64,000 nt of DNA from positions 576,001 to 640,000 of the forward strand of contig CAVQJC010000020.1 in the NCBI GenBank assembly GCA_963712745.1, read 5' to 3'. Positions 1-8,107 of the stretch are shown here, piece by piece (the stretch's first letter is position 1; the number at the start of each line of letters is the position of its first letter). The position numbers were made by a program, and so were the translations under genes. The stretch is from an uncultured Chloroflexia bacterium. GTDB taxonomy: Bacteria; Chloroflexota; Limnocylindria; Limnocylindrales; CSP1-4. The notes under the pieces are model-generated. The model saw nothing but the letters and a program-made list of their open reading frames with translations. It was not told where the DNA came from and ran no database searches.

Positions 1-2
1 TC

Positions 3-578
3 TCGCTCGAGGACATGGGCAACGGCTTCGAGGGCGCCAAGTACGTGTGCTCGCCGCCGCTGCGTCCGGCCGACCACCAGGAGGATCTGTGGCGCGGGCT
101 AGTCAGGGACGACCTGCAGACCGTGGGCACTGACCACTGCCCCTTCGACTTCGTCGGCCAGAAGGACCTGGGGGTGGGCGACTTCCGCAAGATCCCCAAC
201 GGCCTGCCGGGCGTCGAGGAGCGCGTGGACCTGATGTTCCAGGGCGTGGTCAACGGTCGCTATGGCAAGGAGCGATGGGTCGAGGTCATCTCCACCTCGG
301 CCGCCCGGATCTTCGGCCTGGCCGCACGGAAAGGCGTGGTCGCCCCCGGTTACGACGCCGACCTGGTCATCTACGACCCCCAGAAGAAGCACGTCCTCTC
401 GGCCTCCACGCACCACATGAACGTGGACTACTCCTGCTACGAAGGCATGGAGGTGCAGGGCCACAGTGACATCGTGCTGTCCCGCGGCAAGGTCATCGTC
501 GAGGACGGCGAGTGGCTCGGCCATCCCGGCCAGGGCCAGTTCCTGCGGCGCGAGGTCGCGCGCGAGTATCTGAAGTAG
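3..578 (+). CDS. hydA: Dihydropyrimidinase (D-hydantoinase), 5'-truncated by the window edge
   Basis: Motifs KYVCSPPLR, GTDHCPF, IPNGLPGVEER, DADLVIYDP and HHMNVDYSCYEG; the frame is open to the window start. Confidence 0.92.
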   Translation, partial: SLEDMGNGFEGAKYVCSPPLRPADHQEDLWRGLVRDDLQTVGTDHCPFDFVGQKDLGVGDFRKIPNGLPGVEERVDLMFQGVVNGRYGKERWVEVISTSAARIFGLAARKGVVAPGYDADLVIYDPQKKHVLSASTHHMNVDYSCYEGMEVQGHSDIVLSRGKVIVEDGEWLGHPGQGQFLRREVAREYLK

Positions 579-730
579 CCAGGGATACCGGCGCAGCGTG
601 AGCAGGGCTACGCCGGGAAGTCCGGCCCACCGGGCAGATCGAGGATCGGCCGGGCCCGACTGCTCCGGGCCGGCCGCCGCGCTCAGGCCGGGCTGTTGGG
701 GCCTTTCTCCGGAGCGGGCATGCGACTGGG

Positions 731-845
731 CGAGCCGGCATTCCCGTTCAATGGGCCAACCGGCAAGCGACCGGCCGAGCCGGCATTCCCGTTCAATGGG
801 CCAACCGGCAAGCGACCGGCCGAGCCGGCATTCCCGCTCAACGGG
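731..845. repeat. Tandem repeat, 45-bp unit, about 2.5 copies
   Basis: CGAGCCGGCATTCCCG recurs at 731, 776 and 821. Confidence 0.95.
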
Positions 846-923
846 AGCAAGTGATGCAGTTTCCCGCTGGGCGGCAGGATCATGCACTCGGCGCACAAGG
901 ACCCGCGCTCCGGGGCGGCGACT

Positions 924-1027
924 GGTCGCACTGTGCCGCTGAACGGCAAGCATCACGGGCCCAGGGTCGCACCGTGCCGCTGAACGGCAAGCATCACGGG
1001 CCCAGGGTCGCACCGTGCCGCTGAACG
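924..1027. repeat. Tandem repeat, 41-bp unit, about 2.5 copies, overlapping the MFS start codon
   Basis: GGTCGCAC(T/C)GTGCCGCTGAACG recurs at 924, 965 and 1006. Confidence 0.95.
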
Positions 1028-2313
1028 ACGGTCTGTCCCGGTCTAGCTCGGACCGCAGACCGGACCACCACGGGGAATCCGGCCTGCCCCAGGCGCGACG
1101 GCGCGCGACGCGCCTGCTGGTGGCGGCGGCGGCACTTGTCTCCATCGCGCACATCGCCGCCATCACCGTGGCCGCCATCGCCGCGCGCGAGATGCTCGAC
1201 GGCGCCGGCTTCGCCGGCGCCTCCACCACGACCACCATCCTGGGCTCGGCCCTGGGTACTTCGCTGCTGGCCTGGCTCATGGTCCGTCGCGGGCGCCGGA
1301 CCGGGCTCGTGCTCGGCCTGGCCATGGCCGTGGCCGGTGCGCTGGTCGCGTCCGCCTCGGTGTTGGCCGGCTCGTTCCCTCTCCTGCTGGTGGGCACGTT
1401 CCTGTTCGGCTTCGGCAACGCCGCCGCCAATCTCTCTCGCTACGTGGCCGCGGACATGGCGACGGCCGCGGGCAGAGCGTGGGCCATCGGCCTGGTCGTA
1501 TGGGCAGCCACCGTGGGCGCCGTCGTCGGTCCCAACCTCGCGCCGCTGGCGGCCTCGGTCACGGAGGGCCTGGGCGTGGCCTCGCTGGTGGGCCCTTTCA
1601 TGCTGGCCGCAGTGATCCTGAGCGTGGCCGCCATCCTGCTCTTCGGCTGGCTGCGTCCTGACCCCTACGATCTCGCCGACGAATCCTCGCGCATCGAACC
1701 CCAGGACCGAGGCGGCGGGGAATCGATGCGGCGTGTCCTCTCCCGCCCGACCGTGGCCATCGCGGTCATCGCCATGGTCCTGGGCCAAGTGGTGATGGTG
1801 GCCATCATGACCATGACGCCGGTGCATATGGACGACTACGGCCACGGGCTGGAAGCGATCGGCCTCGTCATCAGTGCGCACACGCTGGGCATGTTCGCGC
1901 TCTCTCCGCTCTCGGGCCGCCTGGCCGGTCGCATCGGCATGGTCCCCTCGATCCTGGTGGCAGCCGCCATCCTGGCCCTGGCCGCGGTGGTGACCGTCGT
2001 GGCGCCCGCTGACGCCGGGCCGGTGTTGGCGGTCGGCCTGTTCCTGCTCGGCTACGGCTGGAACCTGGGGTTCGTGGCCGGCAGCACGCTGCTGGTAAGC
2101 GGAGTCGAGCACGCCGAGCGGACCCGCACCGAGGGCTTCAGCGACACGCTGGTGTGGGGCAGCTCGGCTCTGGCCAGCCTGGCCTCGGGCTTGGTCCTGG
2201 CCAGTGTCGGGTTCGCCGCACTGGGAGCCGTCAGCCTTGTCCTCGTGGGATTCGGAGTGGTGGTCATCCTGCGCCTGCGCTCGGCCCTCGCCCCAGAGGC
2301 CGCCGCTGCCTGA
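1015..2313 (+). CDS. MFS transporter
   Basis: About 12 hydrophobic segments; motif-A-like MVRRGRRTGL and GRLAGRIG; start codon uncertain. Confidence 0.88.
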   Translation: MPLNDGLSRSSSDRRPDHHGESGLPQARRRATRLLVAAAALVSIAHIAAITVAAIAAREMLDGAGFAGASTTTTILGSALGTSLLAWLMVRRGRRTGLVLGLAMAVAGALVASASVLAGSFPLLLVGTFLFGFGNAAANLSRYVAADMATAAGRAWAIGLVVWAATVGAVVGPNLAPLAASVTEGLGVASLVGPFMLAAVILSVAAILLFGWLRPDPYDLADESSRIEPQDRGGGESMRRVLSRPTVAIAVIAMVLGQVVMVAIMTMTPVHMDDYGHGLEAIGLVISAHTLGMFALSPLSGRLAGRIGMVPSILVAAAILALAAVVTVVAPADAGPVLAVGLFLLGYGWNLGFVAGSTLLVSGVEHAERTRTEGFSDTLVWGSSALASLASGLVLASVGFAALGAVSLVLVGFGVVVILRLRSALAPEAAAA

Positions 2314-2331
2314 TCCCGCCGAGCCCGGAGC

Positions 2332-3000
2332 CTAGCCCCCGGCGTCCTCCCAGCTGACCATGAGTCCCTCGCCGTCGGCCACGGCGGTGATCGACTGCAG
2401 GCCATGAGTGTGATGGTCCGCCTCGCCCAGATCGTCGAGTCCATGGGTCGTGAGCACGGCCAGCACGGTGGCGCCGGCCGCCTTGCCCGCGCTGATGCCG
2501 GCCGGCGCATCCTCCACCACCAGGCAGCGCGCGGGATCGACGCCCAGCAGCTCCGCCGCCCGCAGGTAGGGATCGGGCGCGGGCTTGCCGTTCTCGATGT
2601 CGTCAACGGTCACCAGCGCGGATGGCTCGGGCAGGCCCGCGTGGGCCAGCCAATGGCGGGCGATCATGCGAAAGGCGCTGGTGGCGATCGCCCAGCGGCC
2701 GGCCGGCAGTGCCCCCAGCAGCCTCGGGGCACCGGGCATGGGAGCGATGGCGTCGTCCACGCCGTCTTCATCGAGGGCCTCGTTGAATGCCTCGGACTCG
2801 GCCACGGCATCGAGGTGCGGAGCTACGATGCGCACCGTCTCCACGGGCGGACGCCCAGGATGGACGTGGGCGATGTCACGGTCGTAGTCGTAGCCATGTT
2901 GGGCGCCCCAGATGCGCCAGTGCCTGGCGTAGACGTCGCCCGAGTCGATGACGACCCCATCCATGTCGAAGATCAGTGCGTCCACGCGCAGCTCAGGCAT
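2332..3000 (-). CDS. HAD-IA family sugar phosphatase/hydrolase
   Basis: Motif I FDMDGV, plus GKPAPDPY and VVEDAPAGI. Confidence 0.92.
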   Translation of the reverse strand: MPELRVDALIFDMDGVVIDSGDVYARHWRIWGAQHGYDYDRDIAHVHPGRPPVETVRIVAPHLDAVAESEAFNEALDEDGVDDAIAPMPGAPRLLGALPAGRWAIATSAFRMIARHWLAHAGLPEPSALVTVDDIENGKPAPDPYLRAAELLGVDPARCLVVEDAPAGISAGKAAGATVLAVLTTHGLDDLGEADHHTHGLQSITAVADGEGLMVSWEDAGG

Positions 3001-3475
3001 CGGCTCCCTCCAGGCTTGGCTCGAGGATGACCACGGGGATGTCCCGCTCGGTCGCCTCAGCGTACCTCTGGTAGTGGTCCGTCCGGTCGGCGAACCTCGC
3101 CCACAGCCGCGCTCGCTCGTCGGGCTCGGCCTCCCTTGCCCGCACTGCGATGCTCCGACCCGGCAGCTCGATCCTGGCTGCCGGTCGCTACAGCAGGTTC
3201 AGCCACCAGGCCGGTGCCTGGGCCGCGCCGGCGTTGGAAGCCACGACCGCGAAGGCCTCGCCGTCGGGAAGGTAGAAGAGCATCGAGGTGCGTTCGCGGC
3301 CGGAGCGTCGTCCGGTCGTATGCAGGCGCAGGGTCCCCAGTCGGTCGGACGCACTCAGACGGAGGCCGAGCCGGCCGCCGCTGAGGGCGTATCCGGTCCG
3401 GTGCAGTGCCCAAAGGATGCGGTACACCCATCTCGGCGGGACGGCTCCGCCGCCCCGCCGCGGGTCCTGGGTCAA
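2993..3475 (-). pseudogene. Deazaflavin (F420)-dependent nitroreductase (DDN family) interrupted by an in-frame TAG at 3190-3188
   Basis: LHTTGRRSGRER...VVASNAGA..PAWWLNL before the stop; the same frame continues with ERARLW...YQRYAEATERDIPVVILEP to TGA at 2995-2993, overlapping the HAD ATG. Confidence 0.8.
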
Positions 3476-3479
3476 GCGC

Positions 3480-5018
3480 CTACTTGGTGCGCGGGAAGCC
3501 CAGGTTGATCTCGGAGGTCGAGGGGTCAGGCCAGCGCGCGGTGATGACCTTGCCCTTGGTGTAGAACTTCATGCCCTCGGGCCCGTACATGTGCGTGTCG
3601 CCGAAGAGCGAGGCGCGCCAGCCACCGAAGGAGTAGTACGAGACCGGCACCGGGATGGGCACGTTGATGCCCACCATCCCGACATCGATGTCGAACTGGA
3701 ACTGGCGAGCTGCGCCACCGTCACGGGTGAAGATGGCAGTGCCGTTGCCGAACTCGTGGCTGTTGGTCAGCGCCACGGCTTCCTCGTAGGTGTCCACGCG
3801 GACGACCGTCAGCACCGGGCCGAAGATCTCGTCCCTGTAGCAGGACATCTCGGGGGTAACGTCGTCGATGAGCGAGACGCCCAGGTAGAAGCCATCGGAG
3901 TCCTTGAACAACGGGTGCTCGCGGCCGTCAGCCACGATGGTGGCTCCATCCTTCTCGCCTGCTTCGATGTAGCTGGCGACCTTGTCGCGGTGCTGCTCGG
4001 TGACGAGCGGGCCCATCATCGATTCGGGCTTGGTGCCGTCGCCGACCACGACCTGCGGCAGGCGTTCCTTGATGGCCTCGATGAGCGGGTCGTGGACGTC
4101 GCCCACGGTGACGACCGTGGCGATGGCCATGCAGCGCTCGCCGGCGCTGCCGTAGCCGGCATTGATGCAGGCGTCGGCGGTGAGGCCGATGTCCGCGTCA
4201 GGCAGCACGATCATGTGGTTCTTGGCGCCGCCCAGGGCCTGGACGCGCTTGCCGGCCTTGGAGCCGGTCTCGTAGATGCGCTTGGCCGCGGGGGTGGAGC
4301 CCACGAACGAGACGGCCGCGATGTCGGGATGCTCGGTCAGGCCGGCCACCGCCACACGGTCACCCTGGAGCACGTTGAAGACACCGTCGGGGAGACCCGC
4401 GTCCTGCATCAGCTGAGCCAGGAGCAGGGAGACGGAGGGGTCGACCGTGGAGGGCTTGAGGATGAAGGTGTTGCCGGTGGCGATGGCGTTGCCGAACATC
4501 CACATCGGCACCATGGCCGGGAAGTTGAAGGGGGTGATGCCGGCAACCACGCCGAGTGGCTGGCGGATGGAGTAGACGTCCACGCCGCCGGACACCTGCT
4601 CGCTGAACTCGCCCTTCTGCATCTGCGGCACGCTGCAGGCGAACTCGATGTTCTCGATGCCGCGGGCCAACTCGCCGGCCGAGTCGGAGAGGACCTTGCC
4701 GTGCTCGGACGTGATGAGCGCGGAGATCTCATCGCGGTGGGCGTCGAACGCGTTGCGGATGCGGAACATCGTGTCCGCGCGCTTGGCCAGCGAGGTGGCG
4801 CGCCACATGGGGAACGCTTCCTTCGCGGCCGCGATGGCCATCTCGATCTCTGCCACGCTGGCGACATCGACGGTCTTGGTCTGCTCGCCGGTAGCCGGGT
4901 TGTATACCGGGCGGCTGTTGCCGGATGTCGACGGCACGAGCCGGCCGTTGATCCAGTGGTTGACCCTGGGAAGGCCGGCCAGGGCCTCGGACGCCTGCGG
5001 CTCCATCGTCTGTGTCAT
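3480..5018 (-). CDS. mmsA: CoA-acylating methylmalonate/malonate-semialdehyde dehydrogenase
   Basis: GITPFNFPAMVPMWM, QALGGAKNH, SAGERCMA, EIFGPV and GINVPIPVP; ATG at 5018. Confidence 0.93.
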   Translation of the reverse strand: MTQTMEPQASEALAGLPRVNHWINGRLVPSTSGNSRPVYNPATGEQTKTVDVASVAEIEMAIAAAKEAFPMWRATSLAKRADTMFRIRNAFDAHRDEISALITSEHGKVLSDSAGELARGIENIEFACSVPQMQKGEFSEQVSGGVDVYSIRQPLGVVAGITPFNFPAMVPMWMFGNAIATGNTFILKPSTVDPSVSLLLAQLMQDAGLPDGVFNVLQGDRVAVAGLTEHPDIAAVSFVGSTPAAKRIYETGSKAGKRVQALGGAKNHMIVLPDADIGLTADACINAGYGSAGERCMAIATVVTVGDVHDPLIEAIKERLPQVVVGDGTKPESMMGPLVTEQHRDKVASYIEAGEKDGATIVADGREHPLFKDSDGFYLGVSLIDDVTPEMSCYRDEIFGPVLTVVRVDTYEEAVALTNSHEFGNGTAIFTRDGGAARQFQFDIDVGMVGINVPIPVPVSYYSFGGWRASLFGDTHMYGPEGMKFYTKGKVITARWPDPSTSEINLGFPRTK

Positions 5019-5154
5019 GTACGTTGACCTCGTCTCGGGAGTGTGTGGAGTCAAAGATAATCGATTATGTCCAGCAGGGCCCATGGCCGAACGGCCCGCT
5101 GAGTGGGGACCTCGGCCGCCGGGCGTCCAGGCCCGGCCCGGGGTGATGACGGTC

Positions 5155-5244
5155 GCGCCGGCAGCCCCTCTCGCTGGCCGCGGTGGCGGCCCCTGTCGCC
5201 GGCCGCGCCCGCAGCCCCTGTCGCTGGCCGCGCCGGCGGCCCCT
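5155..5244. repeat. Tandem repeat, 25-bp unit, about 3.5 copies, ending on the mdh stop codon
   Basis: GC(A/G)GCCCCT recurs at 5161, 5186, 5211 and 5236. Confidence 0.85.
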
Positions 5245-6202
5245 AATCCTCGGCCGGGTCGCGCAGCTCGCCCATCGATACCAGCTTGTGGACGAGGCCA
5301 CGAACGGCCGTGGCCGAGTTGGCGAACTGCGCCTGCTCATCGGCGGTCAGACCGATCTCCACGATGCCCTCGACGCCGCCGCCGCCGAGCCGGGTGGGTA
5401 CGCCCATGTACAGCCCGTCCACGCCGTACTGGCCCTCCAGATACGCCGCACACGGAAGGACCATGTGGCGATCGTTGACGATGGAGCCCACCATCGCGGC
5501 CACTGACGAGGCCGGTGCGTAGAAGGCACTGCCGGTCTTGAGCAGGGACACGATCTCGGCACCACCGTTGCGGGTGCGCTCGACGAGCGCCTCGATGCGG
5601 TCGGGCGCCATGAGTTCGGTGATAGGCACGCCCCCGACCGTGGAATAGCGCGGCAACGGCACCATCGTGTCGCCATGGCCGCCGAGCACGAACGCGAAGG
5701 TGTTCGCCACCGAGACACCGAGCTCCATGGCGATGAACGTGCGGAAGCGGCTGGAATCGAGCACACCGGCCATACCGACCACGCGCTCCGAGGGCAGGCC
5801 GCTGGCCTCGAGCGCCACGTGGCACATGGCGTCCAACGGGTTGGTCACGACGATGACGACGGCCTCCGGCGAGTACGACACCGACTGCTCGACGACGCTG
5901 CGCACGATACCTGCGTTCCTGGCCATGAGGTCATCCCGGCTCATGCCCGGCTGGCGGGCGAGCCCGGAGGTCACCACGATGACGTCGGAACCTGCGGTAT
6001 CGGCGTAGTCGTTGGTGCCCTGCACCTCCATGTCGTGGCCGGCGACCGGCGCGGCCTGGGCCAGGTCGAGCGCCTTGCCCTGCGGCAGACCCTCGACGAT
6101 GTCCACGAGCCAGACGTCGGCGAGGCCCTGTTCCACGATTCGTTGGGCGGTCGTTGCGCCGACGTTGCCGGCGCCGATGACGGTGACGAGCGGATTGGCC
6201 AT
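5243..6202 (-). CDS. mdh: Malate dehydrogenase (LDH-like)
   Basis: [39 protein letters not shown] and GSAFYAP. Confidence 0.95.
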   Translation of the reverse strand: MANPLVTVIGAGNVGATTAQRIVEQGLADVWLVDIVEGLPQGKALDLAQAAPVAGHDMEVQGTNDYADTAGSDVIVVTSGLARQPGMSRDDLMARNAGIVRSVVEQSVSYSPEAVVIVVTNPLDAMCHVALEASGLPSERVVGMAGVLDSSRFRTFIAMELGVSVANTFAFVLGGHGDTMVPLPRYSTVGGVPITELMAPDRIEALVERTRNGGAEIVSLLKTGSAFYAPASSVAAMVGSIVNDRHMVLPCAAYLEGQYGVDGLYMGVPTRLGGGGVEGIVEIGLTADEQAQFANSATAVRGLVHKLVSMGELRDPAED

Positions 6203-6338
6203 GGGCTGGGCGACTCCTCAGATGCGTCGGTTCTGGAGTGCCAATGCTACTCCCCTGCCCGGCCCGAGCCCGTGCCTACCCGCGCCGCCCGCGCCGAGAG
6301 CGCCAGCCGCCCGCTCCGCCACGTTGACAGCGGCGACG

Positions 6339-7022
6339 TCAGTCGGAGACGTCGTCGTCGGGGGCGCCCAGGTCGGCCAACGGCAGGGTCACGGTGATGG
6401 TCGCCCCCTCACCGGGCACCGAATCGACCGCGATGGAGCCCCCCGCACCGTCGACGAACGGGGCCAGCGCCGATAGCCCGTTCCCGCTGCCACCGCGGTC
6501 GCTCTTGGTCGTGAAGCCGACCTCGAAGAGATGCTCGAGCGCTTCTGGGCTGAAACCGGGCCCCGTGTCGGCCACGATGATCTGGCCCTCATCGGCACTG
6601 GGACGAGCCGTGCGCACGGTGAGCCGGCCACCAGCTTCCATGGCGTCCCGCGCGTTGAGCGCGAGGTTGAGCACGATGCGCTCGATGCGCAGCTTGGAGA
6701 TGGTCACGTAGGCGCCGTCTGCGTCGGTCTCGAGGACCAGTTCGAGCGACCGCGGCAGCAGCGCATCCAATAGCCGCCGCATGGCCGAGACGCTGGTATC
6801 GAGGTTGACGGCCACGAGCGTGTCGGAGGTGTCGTTGCCATCGAGCTGGTCGATGAGGTCGAAGATGGTGGCGGTGACCACGACGCAGTGGGCGATGTCC
6901 TCACGCGATGGGTCTTCGGGTGAGATGCCGCGCAGCGCCAGCTCGGCATGACCGCGCACGGCCGTCAGCAGGTTGCGCATGTCGTGGGTGATCGAACGGA
7001 TGGCGTCGGGACCGGGCTCCAT
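6339..7022 (-). CDS. Histidine kinase core (HisKA + HATPase_c) without a sensor domain
   Basis: H-box HDMRNLL, N-box NLALNARDAM, G1 DTGPG, F-box FTTK and G2 GSGNGL. Confidence 0.85.
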   Translation of the reverse strand: MEPGPDAIRSITHDMRNLLTAVRGHAELALRGISPEDPSREDIAHCVVVTATIFDLIDQLDGNDTSDTLVAVNLDTSVSAMRRLLDALLPRSLELVLETDADGAYVTISKLRIERIVLNLALNARDAMEAGGRLTVRTARPSADEGQIIVADTGPGFSPEALEHLFEVGFTTKSDRGGSGNGLSALAPFVDGAGGSIAVDSVPGEGATITVTLPLADLGAPDDDVSD

Positions 7023-7071
7023 GCCCCTGAGGATAAGAGGACCGGCCGAACGACGCTGGCATACTCAGCGC

Positions 7072-7998
7072 ATGGGAGGCAAACCCGGTACCGAAACCAC
7101 CAAGACCCACGGCGGCCTCGACTTGGCCGGCAGCGCCAGTGTCGCGCTCGAGCGCAGGCTCGGTCGCCGCACCAGGCGCCAGCTGCGGGGCAAGCTGCTC
7201 GGTCGAACCCACCTGCTGCCCGACTTCCTCGTCATCGGCGCCTTGCGCTGTGGCGCGGTCCGGCTGTTTCACCAGCTGGAGGCCCATCCCAACCTCCTCG
7301 AGAGCCCGACGGCCACGCACTTCTTCCACTCGCACCGGTACACCTATGGCACCGGCTGGTACCGGCTGCGCTTCCCGGCCAACAAGGTTCGGCGCGAGGC
7401 CTACAGGCGTGGCCTGCATCCGGTCCTGACGGGCGAAGCAGACCCCAGCTACCTGGCCCATCCGGCAGCCCCCACCCGCGTGGCGCGCGCCGTACCCGGA
7501 GCCAGGCTGCTGGTGCTGCTGCGCGATCCGACCGAGCGGGCGGTCTCGCACTGGGCCTGGCGGCGGCGGCATGCCCTCGAGACACGCGACTTTCGTGCGG
7601 TCGTCGAGGCCGAGATCGGGCCGCCCGGCGATGAGGGCGGCATCCGCGTGCCCATCGACAAGGCCTACGAGGACCCGCTCGTGGTGCGCCGCGGCCTGTA
7701 CCAGGCGTCACTCGAGCGCTGGCGGACGCACTTCCCCGACGACCAGCTCCTGGTCATCGAGACGGAGCGATGGTTCGATGATCCCGCGCCCGTCATAGGC
7801 GATGTCTGTGACTTCCTTGGCCTGCCGCGGCCCACGACCCCGTTGCCGGCACCGCCTGCCGATGACGATGTCGACGACTCGCTCGACCCGGTCGATGAGG
7901 ACGTCGTGGCCCGCCTGCGGACGTTCTATCGAGCGCACAACGAGGAGCTCGCCCGGTACCTCGATCTGGAGCTTGACTGGGACGATCGGAGCGCCTGA
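7072..7998 (+). CDS. Sulfotransferase-family protein with an atypical PAPS-binding loop
   Basis: PDFLVIGA, GEADPSY, LRDPTERAVSHW, RGLY and VCDFLGL; start inferred from CATACT-6nt-ATG. Confidence 0.8.
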   Translation: MGGKPGTETTKTHGGLDLAGSASVALERRLGRRTRRQLRGKLLGRTHLLPDFLVIGALRCGAVRLFHQLEAHPNLLESPTATHFFHSHRYTYGTGWYRLRFPANKVRREAYRRGLHPVLTGEADPSYLAHPAAPTRVARAVPGARLLVLLRDPTERAVSHWAWRRRHALETRDFRAVVEAEIGPPGDEGGIRVPIDKAYEDPLVVRRGLYQASLERWRTHFPDDQLLVIETERWFDDPAPVIGDVCDFLGLPRPTTPLPAPPADDDVDDSLDPVDEDVVARLRTFYRAHNEELARYLDLELDWDDRSA

Positions 7999-8107
7999 TC
8001 CTGCCGGCTTCGCACCCGGGAACGGGGCCGGGGGGTACCGATGGTGACCGAACGCACCGTACCAATGGCCCGCAGATGCGGAGAAGTGTGGAGCGGTCTA
8101 ATCTGAC

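Noticed and set aside
3188-3190. Genome-wide TAG reassignment
   Set aside because: TAG is the evident terminator of hydA, mmsA, mdh and many other genes
3288-5027. Long antisense ORFs (also 18183-19748, 29619-31283, 52767-54737, 58494-60320)
   Set aside because: Shadow frames of well-supported genes, as expected in high-GC DNA
8035-8068. Direct repeat GTACC(G/A)ATGG as an operator
   Set aside because: Only two 10-bp copies and no other support
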